From Bryobacterales bacterium (lineage in GTDB: Bacteria > Acidobacteriota > Terriglobia > Bryobacterales > Bryobacteraceae): DNA of 64,000 nucleotides. This document shows positions 27,945 to 37,358 of this stretch, one piece after another. The notes below the pieces were generated by a model that was given only the letters and a program-made list of their open reading frames with translations, did not search any database and was not told the origin of the DNA. The stretch lies in assembly GCA_963735145.1 (NCBI GenBank), contig CAVTJS010000003.1, forward strand, positions 2,739,194-2,803,193. The letters run 5' to 3'. A program made the translations under genes and the position numbers. The number at the start of each line of letters is the position of its first letter. The stretch's first letter is position 1.

Positions 27945-29768
27945 TTAACGCCGTTTCTCGTGATCGGCCACGTTCTCCGGTATTATCAGATCGGTGCACA
28001 TGAGCCGCAACACCTGAGCCGCGTCCAGCGGCAGCCCGATAATCCTGGCATCGCGGCCCGCACCAAGCACCTCCGTGAGCAGGTCCTTCTTGAGGGCAAT
28101 CCATCCGCCTGGCGTTTCGTAACTGACAAGGAAATGCCCTTCCCGCCGCGCCGCCAGCAGTTGCGCCCGGTCATAGGGCTCAGCTTTGTGCGCCGCCACA
28201 ATATGCCTGTCCGAAGAGCCGAAGTACTGGGCTGGCAGTTCCGGAATCGTCGACGCCTTCGAATCAGTCTCAGGGTCGTCCCCGGACACGATATACAGGC
28301 GCCCGGTTCTTGAACCGTCGCATGCCTCGGCATTTGAATCGCGCCGCCTGAGCTCGCTCTCGATGCGGTCATAAACGTCTTCGGCGAACTGTTGCGGGTA
28401 GTCGTACAACCGTTGTACTTCGGGGTCGATGTGGGGCAATTTCCGCCAGCCGTTCACCCAGGCGAGCTTTGCCGCGCTGGTGTCCCCATCGTTCCAAATA
28501 TCATCCAGAAAGACATCTTCCAGGCTGAATCGCGTTTCGGCATCGTGCTGCAACGCTTTGAGCGCCATGTGCTCGATGAGATGGGATGGCAACCCGAATA
28601 TAACTCCGTAGGGAGAACAGCCGCCGTCAACCGGCCTGAAACGTGGGAAATCGTCACGCAATGACTTGATCAATCGGTCAATTAGTGCACGGTACTCTTT
28701 TAGCAGCTGCACATGTCGCTGTCCCAGGGGCGAATAAACGACATGGCCGTCGCGATCCGCAGCGATGAAAACGTGCTCGATCATGCTGTAAGCGCTCAAC
28801 AGGTCGACGCGATTCAGAAACAGCTCGGGATCGGCAGATATGCCCTGACAGATGGCTCCTGCCATGTCGAGCCGCATTCGCTTGTCGCCGCTCCGCAGCG
28901 CGCAGTCATAGGCTTTGAGCAACCCCACGAGGCCCTGAACCAGCAGTGCGAAATCGAGCGCATTGGAGGTGCGCGTGCGAAGGACGACGCTATGCTCGTT
29001 CATAGACATGCCTTCCTTCGTGCGGTGGTAACGAATCTGTGAGGTCAGATGCCCGCCCAGCATTCGAACATGGGCTCTCTGGATTTCGAGCACGTCCGCT
29101 TCCGGAAGCGTCTCTGTGACCTGCTGGGCGACCTCGAAATAGGGCGCCAACTCATCGGTAATGAGGCTCTGCGCCAATGGAATCAGCCAGCGCGCGTCGC
29201 GCACGATCACGGGTTGATCGGCTGGTGAGCTGCTCCATAGTTCATCGAGCACGCCTTGAATTTCCGCCAGCCGCCCGCCGGCCTTTTCCTGTGCAAAGCT
29301 GCTTGGGTCCTCATCCCAGAGGCGCATGCTCAGAAATTGGAGACACCGGAGTACATACAAGTTGAACAGCGTGTGCGCGTAGTGCATGCGTCCGTTGCGA
29401 CCCGCCCAGCGAGTCTGCTGCCAGCAATAAAAGCCGCGAATCATCATCTCCGCCGGATGGATCAGGTCGTTATGCAGACCCTGAACCTGACGAGGTCTGA
29501 ATCCGCCGGCCCAATGCGCTTCTTCCAGTTGGCCTCTGAGACGAGTTTGGCTGGCCGTGACCGCGGTGCGTGCAAAGAAGCACTCCTCGAAATCGCGGGA
29601 CAAAAGAGACTGGTCCTGTAGGTACCCCGTCGGCTTTCGCTGGGCGTTCAGAACGGCCTCTATGCTCTCGACGATATCTACGCGATGCGTCAGAAACAGT
29701 CGCAGCAGCTCAACGTTTGCCTGAAACGGCACCTGACCAAACGGCTTCCCCGTCACGATTCGCCCCAC
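27945..29768 (-). CDS. 607-aa hypothetical protein, no recognisable domain
   Basis: A long uninterrupted ORF (GTG start in the track) with protein-like composition, unlike the Arg/Pro-rich shadow ORFs on the opposite strand. I recognise no motif. Confidence 0.7.
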   Translation of the reverse strand: MGRIVTGKPFGQVPFQANVELLRLFLTHRVDIVESIEAVLNAQRKPTGYLQDQSLLSRDFEECFFARTAVTASQTRLRGQLEEAHWAGGFRPRQVQGLHNDLIHPAEMMIRGFYCWQQTRWAGRNGRMHYAHTLFNLYVLRCLQFLSMRLWDEDPSSFAQEKAGGRLAEIQGVLDELWSSSPADQPVIVRDARWLIPLAQSLITDELAPYFEVAQQVTETLPEADVLEIQRAHVRMLGGHLTSQIRYHRTKEGMSMNEHSVVLRTRTSNALDFALLVQGLVGLLKAYDCALRSGDKRMRLDMAGAICQGISADPELFLNRVDLLSAYSMIEHVFIAADRDGHVVYSPLGQRHVQLLKEYRALIDRLIKSLRDDFPRFRPVDGGCSPYGVIFGLPSHLIEHMALKALQHDAETRFSLEDVFLDDIWNDGDTSAAKLAWVNGWRKLPHIDPEVQRLYDYPQQFAEDVYDRIESELRRRDSNAEACDGSRTGRLYIVSGDDPETDSKASTIPELPAQYFGSSDRHIVAAHKAEPYDRAQLLAARREGHFLVSYETPGGWIALKKDLLTEVLGAGRDARIIGLPLDAAQVLRLMCTDLIIPENVADHEKRR

Positions 29769-30424
29769 GATGAATCTGCACCCATTAGAGAGAGAGTATA
29801 ACGAGGGATTGAGGGGGATGGGGGCGTGCGGAAGGGCTGGCGTACTGGTTTTGTATCGGCTCCAATAATCCTCAAGCAGGCGCTCGGTGTTCGGCTAACG
29901 GGCACTCAATTGGGGGGAATTCGAAGGTTAAGTTTGAGATTAGCACGGCTGATGCCTTCGGTCTCCGAGTTCGCTACCGTTATGGTGCGACATCAGGCAC
30001 GAAAATACACGGCGAATGTAGCGCTTTCTCGCGTGCCGCGCATGCGGCATTGCCTGAGCCGTCTTTCCGATTGCAATGCGCAACGGCGGAGGTGGTGTAT
30101 ACGGCATTCCGGGCAACAAAAAATCCGCAAGTTTGCAGGCCCTATTGCGACCAAAAGTTCGAATCCTTCTCTGTCCACCATGTGCCCTCAGCGAGGTGCC
30201 TGGGTAAAACCATTTCTCGCTCCTTGGTTCCCCGTGTAGCCCTGAGAATAAAATCGGCAAGAAATCTGCACTGATTGTCGTAATCCACTCGCCGCATCTT
30301 GGTGTAACGTCCTCCCAATGGATTCGGGGGACGCCGGCGATGCATAGGCGCGCATCCCTACCGGCCGACTTAGCCCGACAGTTAGCCGGGCCCGCTGCTG
30401 CTCGTCAACGGCATCGCAAAAGGC

Positions 30425-31711
30425 CTATCGGCTTAGGTCGCGGTGCAGCACATACGAAACATCGGTCGGGATTCCGTCGATAAACTTCACCTTCACGATG
30501 ATTTGGTAATAGCGCGGAATTTGATTTGAGGTCCTGGTCAGCTTGTCAACCAGTGTTTTGGCAAGACCGATGTCGGTGAACGCTTGAACGGCGCCCTCCC
30601 GGCCCCAAGTGCGTGAACTGGAAAAACTCTGGATTACTGTGTTCCCCAACGGCCCCGGAGCTTGGGAGATCAGCGCGTAAGCTTCACCATCGTTGGCGGC
30701 CGAGCCGAGCCGCTTATCGGCGAAAAAAGCCAGCTCACCAGAACGTGGATGCAGGTTCCGGATGCCATCCGGCGTCTGCACCAGCGCTGGCTGCAGTTGG
30801 ATTCCCGGTAGCTTCGGGTCAATGACGACCTCGGGACCAATCAGGATCACGTTCGAATCACCCAATTCCTCAAATGGCAATTGGCTGCTGCGGACCAAAC
30901 GAATATCCTGTCTGCGGCTTCCAAGGAGTTTCGCGACCAGGAAGGAGGACATCACTTCGCCGGTCGGCATGTAGCTGTATGCCGGCTGCATGACGGGATT
31001 CCCAAGAAGTTTTCGTAGCGCTGATAACTCGGCGGACGCCGCGGCATCCTCCGGCCGTCGGATCGATATCTTGCGAAAAAAGATGTCGGTGCCTTGCAGC
31101 TCAATAAACAAAGGATCTGCCAGAGCAACCACTAATGGGCGTCGGGAGGTGAGAAACGGTTGCCACAATTGCTCCAGTTCCGGTGTCCATACGGTTGGGC
31201 TCGGATTGGCGCGAGCTCGCCAGAGTCTGATTCCCGAATATACACTCCAAACGCCCATCACCAACACGGCTGCTAACAAAGCAAATATCAGCGGCGTTCT
31301 CCCGATGCCTGCTTTCGGAAGGGTCGCGTCCCCCAGTGGTTCGACATGCCCCTCCCGCACCTTTGCAGGAGCTTCCGAGGTAGGGCGTGCGTCCCATCTG
31401 AGCTTGAAGCGCCCCTTCGGCAATTCGAAGACCAGCGTGTCATCCTTACCTTCTGTTCGATAGTATTCGCCAAGCTTCTGTCGGAGCCGTCCCACTTGGA
31501 GCCGAACGATCGCATCAGTCCTGGGATCGTAGGTGTGCGGCTTCCCGAAGGCGTCTACGCCGATGGAATACTCTTTGAGTTCGTCCGCCTCTCCGGCCAC
31601 CGCTTTGTCGGCCAAAAACTTGAGGAGGCGGCGGAGAACAGCAGAGCCGTGAAACGTATCACTTTTTAAGATACGCTCCAGCTGGATGGAGGGCTCGGTC
31701 TCCACAAACAT
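30425..31711 (-). CDS. membrane-anchored protein with an N-terminal regulator-like domain common in Acidobacteriota
   Basis: Within ORF 30425-31756 the likely start is MFVETEP (31711). The N-terminus is ..ILKSDTFHGSAVLRRLLKFLADKAV..LKEYSIGVDAFGKPHTYDPRTDAIVRLQVGRLRQKLGEYY..LPKGRFKLRW, followed by one TM helix (LIFALLAAVLVMGVWSVY) and an extracytoplasmic domain of about 260 aa. Confidence 0.6.
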   Translation of the reverse strand: MFVETEPSIQLERILKSDTFHGSAVLRRLLKFLADKAVAGEADELKEYSIGVDAFGKPHTYDPRTDAIVRLQVGRLRQKLGEYYRTEGKDDTLVFELPKGRFKLRWDARPTSEAPAKVREGHVEPLGDATLPKAGIGRTPLIFALLAAVLVMGVWSVYSGIRLWRARANPSPTVWTPELEQLWQPFLTSRRPLVVALADPLFIELQGTDIFFRKISIRRPEDAAASAELSALRKLLGNPVMQPAYSYMPTGEVMSSFLVAKLLGSRRQDIRLVRSSQLPFEELGDSNVILIGPEVVIDPKLPGIQLQPALVQTPDGIRNLHPRSGELAFFADKRLGSAANDGEAYALISQAPGPLGNTVIQSFSSSRTWGREGAVQAFTDIGLAKTLVDKLTRTSNQIPRYYQIIVKVKFIDGIPTDVSYVLHRDLSR

Positions 31712-31843
31712 TGCAAAGTCAGTATAACACCGGCCGGACCGCTGGCAGCTCCCCATCGAATCGCGGTGAGATACCGGTTACCAACATCCGGCTATGGCAT
31801 GTACGTTATTGATTATAAACACCTTATCCCCTAATGGGTTTTG

Positions 31844-31873
31844 TTGACAATGCCTTGGCCCAGGCAACATACT
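31844..31873 (+). promoter_or_regulatory. candidate sigma70-type promoter for the TonB-dependent receptor gene
   Basis: TTGACA (31844-31849), an 18-nt spacer, then CATACT (31868-31873), about 100 nt upstream of the ATG at 31974. This is pattern-only evidence. Confidence 0.35.
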
Positions 31874-31973
31874 CAGCCCAATACATCTAAAGTTTGCCTC
31901 CGAAGCGGACTCGCCCCAGCCGGTTGACCGCAGCTTGGCTCCGATAGTCCGAGGTTCGAAAGGGAGTTCCTTA

Positions 31974-34900
31974 ATGAAGAAATTGGTTTGGGCGCTTAGC
32001 GCGTTGGTCTGCTTGTCCTGTGCGCCAGTCTTTGGTCAATCGACGCTCGGTACCATTCTGGGCACGGTCCAGGATCAGTCGGGCAGCATCATACCCGCCG
32101 TCACGGTCACCGCCATGAACGTGGACACTGCAACCACGCGGACCGCGACGTCCAACGATGCGGGGCAGTATGAATTTCCAAACCTGCAGCCGGGAACCTA
32201 CTCGATCACCGCCGAGAAGACGGGATTCGCCACCGTGAAGACGGAACGCGTCACCCTGGACGCACGGCAGGAGCGCCGCGTCGATTTGACGATGGGGCTG
32301 GCTGCCATCCAGCAGAGCGTCCAGGTGAACGCTGAGACGGTGACCATCAACACCGAGAACGCGAACATATCCAATACCATCAACAACACCGTGGTGACGG
32401 ACCTGCCGGCCAACTATCGCGGCGGGTCCAGCAGTCCGCTGGCGGCCATCGTTGCGCTCCCCAACGTGCAGCAGGACCAGAACGGAACCATCGCGCTCAC
32501 CGGGTCGCTGCCCTTCATGACCGACTACAGCGTGGATGGCACCTCGACGGTCAACGTGCAAACCAACTCGCCGGCCACTAACATGTACCCGTCCACGGAA
32601 ATGCTGGCCGAATTTAAAGTCTCCGCCATCAACAACAACGCCGAACTGGAATCGTCGGCGGACGTGACGGTTACTACCAAGGGCGGCGGCAACGCTTTCC
32701 ACGGGAGCGCATTCGAGTATCTCCAAAATCGGGCGCTTGACGCCACAGCCTACGGGTCGAATGAAAAGCCGGCCAAGGTGTGGAACGATTTCGGCGCCAG
32801 CTTTAGCGGCCCGGTCATTATTCCGAAGCTCTACAACGGCCACAACAAGACATTCTTCTTCATGGACTACGAAGGGAACCGCAAGCCGGGATCGCAGTTG
32901 GTGATCGATAACGTTCCCACCGCCGCCATGGTGGGCGGCAATCTTAACGGAGTTCCCGGACCCCCGGCGATCAATCCGTTTACCAACGCTCCGTTCCCGA
33001 ACAACCAGATTCCGTCCAGTTTGCTCAACCCGGTAGCTCAGAAACTTCTGGCGACGTATTATCCAGCTCCCAATTACGATTCCGGCTCAACGACGGGCAA
33101 TTACCGGACCCTGGAACGATTGGCCAACCAAACCGATGGCTACGACATCCGCATTGACCAGTACATCGGAACCAGGAACCAGCTTTTCGGCCGTTGGAGC
33201 TGGAAGAATCTGCCCTACCAACAGCAGGCGTCCTTCGACGATATCGCGCAGTTATTGCCACCTATCAACGTCCAGCAGGACAACCGGAACCTGGTGCTGT
33301 CCGACAGCTACACTATCACTCCCCAATTGGTCAACGAGTTTCGTTTCGGATATAGCCACCTGACCACCAACCAGACCTATCCGTTCTCCGGCGCCTCCGC
33401 CGTAGCGGGGCTCGGCCTGCAAGGGTTGGATCTTGCCAACGCCGGTTCCGACGGCGGCTTTCCCGGATTCAACTTCAGTGCGGGAACTGGCTTCACGCCG
33501 ATCAGCCACGGCGACATCGGGCCCTCCAGCTCACGCACCATCCAGTTCACCGATAACATTTCGTGGATCAAAGGAAAGCACACGCTCAAGTTCGGCGTGG
33601 ACTTCCGCGCGGTGAGTTATACGACGGTGAACAACTTCGGCCTGTCCGATGAATTCGGGTATTTGAACTTTCTCGGCTTCTTTAGCGGCAACGCCTTCGC
33701 GGATCTATTGCTCGGGCTTCCCAGCTTGAACATTGTTTTCGACATTGGGCCGCACATTGACGAAATTTCGCATCACTTCGCCACATATGCGCAAGACGAG
33801 TGGCGCATTTCGAAAAGCCTGACGCTGAGCTTCGGCCTGCGTTGGGAGCTGCAGCCGCCGTTTACGGAGGCGCACGGTAACATCGCCAATTTCGATCCGG
33901 TGAACGGGGGCGAGCTGGTTTATCCGAACGGCGGGCTTCCTCCGGCGCCGTCGGTCTTGTACAGCATCAACGAATGCCCCGGCGTGGTGAACACTGTGCC
34001 GTGTTCGCCTGTGCTTACGGCGAGTCAGGCCGGGCTGCCGCAGGGACTGCGCTACACGTACTATAAGGACTTCGATCCGCGCATCGGAATTGCCTGGCGG
34101 CCGTTTAACAACGACAGCACCGTGTTTCGCGCCGGTTTCGGCATTTTCACGGTGCCCACTCTGGGAGGCGTCGCGTATCAGATGGCGGGCACCGGCGCCA
34201 CAAACTCACCCACATATGTGAACGCGCTGGTGAACGGACAGCCGCTGTTCCAACTGCCGTCGGTCGCTTACGGCAACGGCGGCCTGGTTCCGAGCGACGT
34301 TGGCACCTACACTTTCGACGTCGCCCAGCAGATCAATTATCGGGATCCCCAATCGGCCCAATGGAACGTGACGATCGAACACCAGTTGGGAGCCGCCTGG
34401 GCGACGCGAATCAGCTACATCGGAAACAATTCGTACCGTTTGCCACTGACCACCGACCAAAATTCCATCCGGCCCAGCACGACGCCCTACAGCCCTTCGG
34501 AAGAGCCGTTTCCGCAGTGGGGACCCATTTATCAGTTGGGGAACTGGGGATTCGCGAATTATCAGGCCATGGAACTGCAAGCGTCGCACCGATTCGGCGC
34601 CGGCTTCTATCTGCAGGCCACCTACGACTGGGCCAAGGACTTGAGCGACGCCAATAACGATGCGCCCGCCGCCTACGGCGCCGAACAAGGCAATTTCACC
34701 GGTCCGCTCGGATTTGTGGTGGGTGTGAACGACCGGTTCGATCTGCGCGACGATCGCGGCAACGCGCCGGGCGACCGCCGGCAGCGCTTCCTGTTTACCG
34801 GTATTTACCAGCTCCCCTTCGGCCATGGCCGAAAATACCTGGCGAATTCCAATACGTTTGTAAACGGTGTGCTGGGCGGATGGCAGCTCAGCTCCATCGC

Positions 34901-35384
34901 ACTGGCTGAGACGGGACCCTACCTCACTCCTTACGATAGCAATGCCGCGGAGAGCCAAGCCAATCTGAATGAGGCTGGCAGGCCGGCTGTGGTGCGGCCC
35001 GATCAGATCGCCAATTGCAACGTTTCCAATCCCGGCCCCAACGGATGGTTCAACGACAATGCGTTTGTTCCAACACCGGTTGGTGCGGGACGGATTGGGA
35101 ACGCGGGAGTCGGTGTGTGCGAAGGGCCGGGAACGGTAACCGTCGCGGCGGGCCTTTCGAAAACCTTCCTCATTCGCGAGAAAGTACGGCTGCGCTTTGA
35201 ATCCACCTTCACCAATATCCTGAACCATCCGAATTTCGCGCCGCCGCCTTCGATGGACGTCTCCTCGTTAACCCAATTCGGAGGCAACACCGCCACCAGC
35301 CCGTTCGGCGTTACGCAAAGCGTACAGACATCGGAGAACGCAGGCAATCGCGTGGGACAATTATCCTTACGGCTTGACTTTTAG
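31974..35384 (+). CDS. TonB-dependent receptor with an N-terminal carboxypeptidase-regulatory-like domain
   Basis: The start is taken at MKKLVWALSALVCLSCAPVFGQ (RBS GGGAG upstream). It has a CarboxypepD_reg-like beginning (TILGTVQDQSGSIIPAVTVTAMNVDT..YEFPNLQPGTYSI), a large beta-barrel body and a terminal ..LSLRLDF. Confidence 0.9.
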   Translation: MKKLVWALSALVCLSCAPVFGQSTLGTILGTVQDQSGSIIPAVTVTAMNVDTATTRTATSNDAGQYEFPNLQPGTYSITAEKTGFATVKTERVTLDARQERRVDLTMGLAAIQQSVQVNAETVTINTENANISNTINNTVVTDLPANYRGGSSSPLAAIVALPNVQQDQNGTIALTGSLPFMTDYSVDGTSTVNVQTNSPATNMYPSTEMLAEFKVSAINNNAELESSADVTVTTKGGGNAFHGSAFEYLQNRALDATAYGSNEKPAKVWNDFGASFSGPVIIPKLYNGHNKTFFFMDYEGNRKPGSQLVIDNVPTAAMVGGNLNGVPGPPAINPFTNAPFPNNQIPSSLLNPVAQKLLATYYPAPNYDSGSTTGNYRTLERLANQTDGYDIRIDQYIGTRNQLFGRWSWKNLPYQQQASFDDIAQLLPPINVQQDNRNLVLSDSYTITPQLVNEFRFGYSHLTTNQTYPFSGASAVAGLGLQGLDLANAGSDGGFPGFNFSAGTGFTPISHGDIGPSSSRTIQFTDNISWIKGKHTLKFGVDFRAVSYTTVNNFGLSDEFGYLNFLGFFSGNAFADLLLGLPSLNIVFDIGPHIDEISHHFATYAQDEWRISKSLTLSFGLRWELQPPFTEAHGNIANFDPVNGGELVYPNGGLPPAPSVLYSINECPGVVNTVPCSPVLTASQAGLPQGLRYTYYKDFDPRIGIAWRPFNNDSTVFRAGFGIFTVPTLGGVAYQMAGTGATNSPTYVNALVNGQPLFQLPSVAYGNGGLVPSDVGTYTFDVAQQINYRDPQSAQWNVTIEHQLGAAWATRISYIGNNSYRLPLTTDQNSIRPSTTPYSPSEEPFPQWGPIYQLGNWGFANYQAMELQASHRFGAGFYLQATYDWAKDLSDANNDAPAAYGAEQGNFTGPLGFVVGVNDRFDLRDDRGNAPGDRRQRFLFTGIYQLPFGHGRKYLANSNTFVNGVLGGWQLSSIALAETGPYLTPYDSNAAESQANLNEAGRPAVVRPDQIANCNVSNPGPNGWFNDNAFVPTPVGAGRIGNAGVGVCEGPGTVTVAAGLSKTFLIREKVRLRFESTFTNILNHPNFAPPPSMDVSSLTQFGGNTATSPFGVTQSVQTSENAGNRVGQLSLRLDF

Positions 35385-35396
35385 GATGGAAAACAC

Positions 35397-37097
35397 ATGA
35401 CTTTCTCTCGGCGCGATTTTATCGGTGCGGTTGGAGTTGCATCCTGCAGCGGACTGGCTCTCTTGCAGGGACAAGGCACGTCAGCCGACTTGATCCTTTA
35501 CAACGGCAAGATCGTTACCGTCGACGACGCGTTCTCGATTCGCGAAGCGATCGTCGTGAAAGACGGACGAATACTGGCGGTGGGTGGTAACGAGCTACGA
35601 AATCGATACACCGCCGCTCGCACCATCGACTTGCGCGGCCGCATGGTCATGCCCGGCTTTCACGATACCCATATCCACTTGGGCGGCCACTCTCGCCGCT
35701 ACATCGACCTGAACGACACCACCTCGCTCCAGCAGCTCAAACAACAAGTGAGCGAAAAAGCCAGGGAGTTGGGGCCCGGCGAGTGGATCACCGGTGGCGG
35801 CTGGGACGAGTATCACTTCACCGACGAACAGAAAAAGCCGTTGCGCGGCGACTTGGACGCTGCGGCGCCCAACAATCCCGTCGTGCTAGTCCGGGCTGGC
35901 GGTCATAGCTCTGTGGGAAACAGCAAAGCGCTCGAACAAGCCGACATCAATTCCGCCACGCCCGATCCCGCGCGCGGCCTGATCGAAAAAGACGCGAGTG
36001 GCGCACCCAACGGCGTGATCCGCGAGCGAAACGATCTTTACATGCGCCTGGTGCCCAAAGACCAACCGGCCGATGTTCGCGAAAGCCTGCTGGCCGATGT
36101 GCGCAAGCAGCTTCAACTCGGAATCACGAGCGTCATCGAAGCCGGATCGTCGGTGGAGCCGGATGTCGTCGGATCGTACGCCGAATGGGAGTTGCTGTAT
36201 CAAAAGCACGGTTCGGAGCTGCCGCGTGCTTCGGTGCAAGTAGGATACCCTTCGCCGCAAGGGCAGGCGAAGCTGGGCGCGATGAAGTTGAAGGAATTCG
36301 GCAAGAAGACTGGCGACGGAAACGACCGGTTGAGAGTCGGCTCGATCGGAGAGATGGCGGCTGACGGCGGATTCACGGGTCCAACGGCATGGTCGCTGGT
36401 GGACTACAAGGGACTGCCCGGCTTCCGTGGGCGGGCCTTCTTCACTCCCGAAGAGATCCACGCCAACATCGAGGAGGGCCACAAGCTCGGCTGGCAATTC
36501 GGAATCCACGCCATTGGCGACGCCGCCATCAAGATGACCGTGGACGCGTTGGACGACGTTCTCGCGAAGTATCCGCGCAACGATCATCGCCATTACCTCT
36601 GCCACTTTACTGTGTTGCCGCCCGCGCACACCATGGAGCTGATGGCTAAGGACAAGATCCACATCGCCCAGCAGCCCAATTTTACCTATAACCTGGAGGG
36701 CCGCTACGTCGAGACGCTGGAAGGCAACCGCCTCGCGACCAACAACGCCATTTCTACGCCAGTCAAGAAATACGGCCTCTTCATGGCGTTTGGCAGTGAC
36801 AATCTGCCCATCGGTCCCATGGTGGGTTTGTACGCCGCTGTCACGCGCAAGGGCGAGAGCGGGAAAGTGTATGGTCCCGGCGAAGCCGTCAGCATCAGGG
36901 AGGCCATCACGATGTACACCCGCAACGGCGCCTTCTTGACGCGCGAAGAGAAGATCAAGGGAACGCTCGAAGCAGGGAAGCTTGCGGACATGATCGTGCT
37001 GCCGGAAGATCTGCTCAACGTCGCACCCGACAAGATTTTGAACATGAAAGTGGACATGACCATCGTCGGCGGCAAAGTTCTCTACCAACGGGCCTAG
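35397..37097 (+). CDS. Tat-exported amidohydrolase (Amidohydro_3-type metal-dependent hydrolase)
   Basis: 566-aa ORF with a Tat-like signal (MTFSRRDFIGAVGVASCSG), the HxH metal site (PGFHDTHIHLGGH) and C-terminal ..GTLEAGKLADMIVL.. Confidence 0.85.
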   Translation: MTFSRRDFIGAVGVASCSGLALLQGQGTSADLILYNGKIVTVDDAFSIREAIVVKDGRILAVGGNELRNRYTAARTIDLRGRMVMPGFHDTHIHLGGHSRRYIDLNDTTSLQQLKQQVSEKARELGPGEWITGGGWDEYHFTDEQKKPLRGDLDAAAPNNPVVLVRAGGHSSVGNSKALEQADINSATPDPARGLIEKDASGAPNGVIRERNDLYMRLVPKDQPADVRESLLADVRKQLQLGITSVIEAGSSVEPDVVGSYAEWELLYQKHGSELPRASVQVGYPSPQGQAKLGAMKLKEFGKKTGDGNDRLRVGSIGEMAADGGFTGPTAWSLVDYKGLPGFRGRAFFTPEEIHANIEEGHKLGWQFGIHAIGDAAIKMTVDALDDVLAKYPRNDHRHYLCHFTVLPPAHTMELMAKDKIHIAQQPNFTYNLEGRYVETLEGNRLATNNAISTPVKKYGLFMAFGSDNLPIGPMVGLYAAVTRKGESGKVYGPGEAVSIREAITMYTRNGAFLTREEKIKGTLEAGKLADMIVLPEDLLNVAPDKILNMKVDMTIVGGKVLYQRA

Positions 37098-37109
37098 GCA
37101 AGTATTGCG

Positions 37110-37358
37110 ATGAATCGCCTGTACCTGTTAGGGCTGTTAGCGCTGTGCGCTTGTCTCTCACTGGAGGCGCAAACCAAGGCCGACCTGGTGGTTTTTCACG
37201 GGAAGGTCTATACCGAGAATCCGAAGCAGAAGTGGGCAGAGGCGGTGGCGATCCGGGACGGCAAGATCGTTTTCGTCGGAACGGACAAGCAGGTTGAAGC
37301 ATATCGCGGCCCTTCCACTCGAGTTATTGTAAAAGGTGCGGCCGTCAAACCCAGATAA
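37110..37358 (+). pseudogene. N-terminal fragment of a second amidohydrolase (3'-truncated)
   Basis: The 82-aa ORF has a signal peptide plus ADLVVFHGKVYTENP..AEAVAIRDGKIVFVGTDKQVEAYRGPSTRVI, which parallels the N-terminus of the preceding gene. Similarity is lost before the HxH motif and it terminates there. Confidence 0.6.

Noticed and set aside
30095-30181. A complete tRNA gene ending in ..GTCCACCA
   Set aside because: The 5' acceptor strand (GGACAGA) and the D and anticodon arms are absent. Only the last ~28 nt are tRNA-like.
34206-37088. Minus-strand ORFs 34206-35228 and 35886-37088 (340 and 400 aa)
   Set aside because: They lie antisense to the TonB-dependent receptor and amidohydrolase genes, carry no motifs and have a biased composition.
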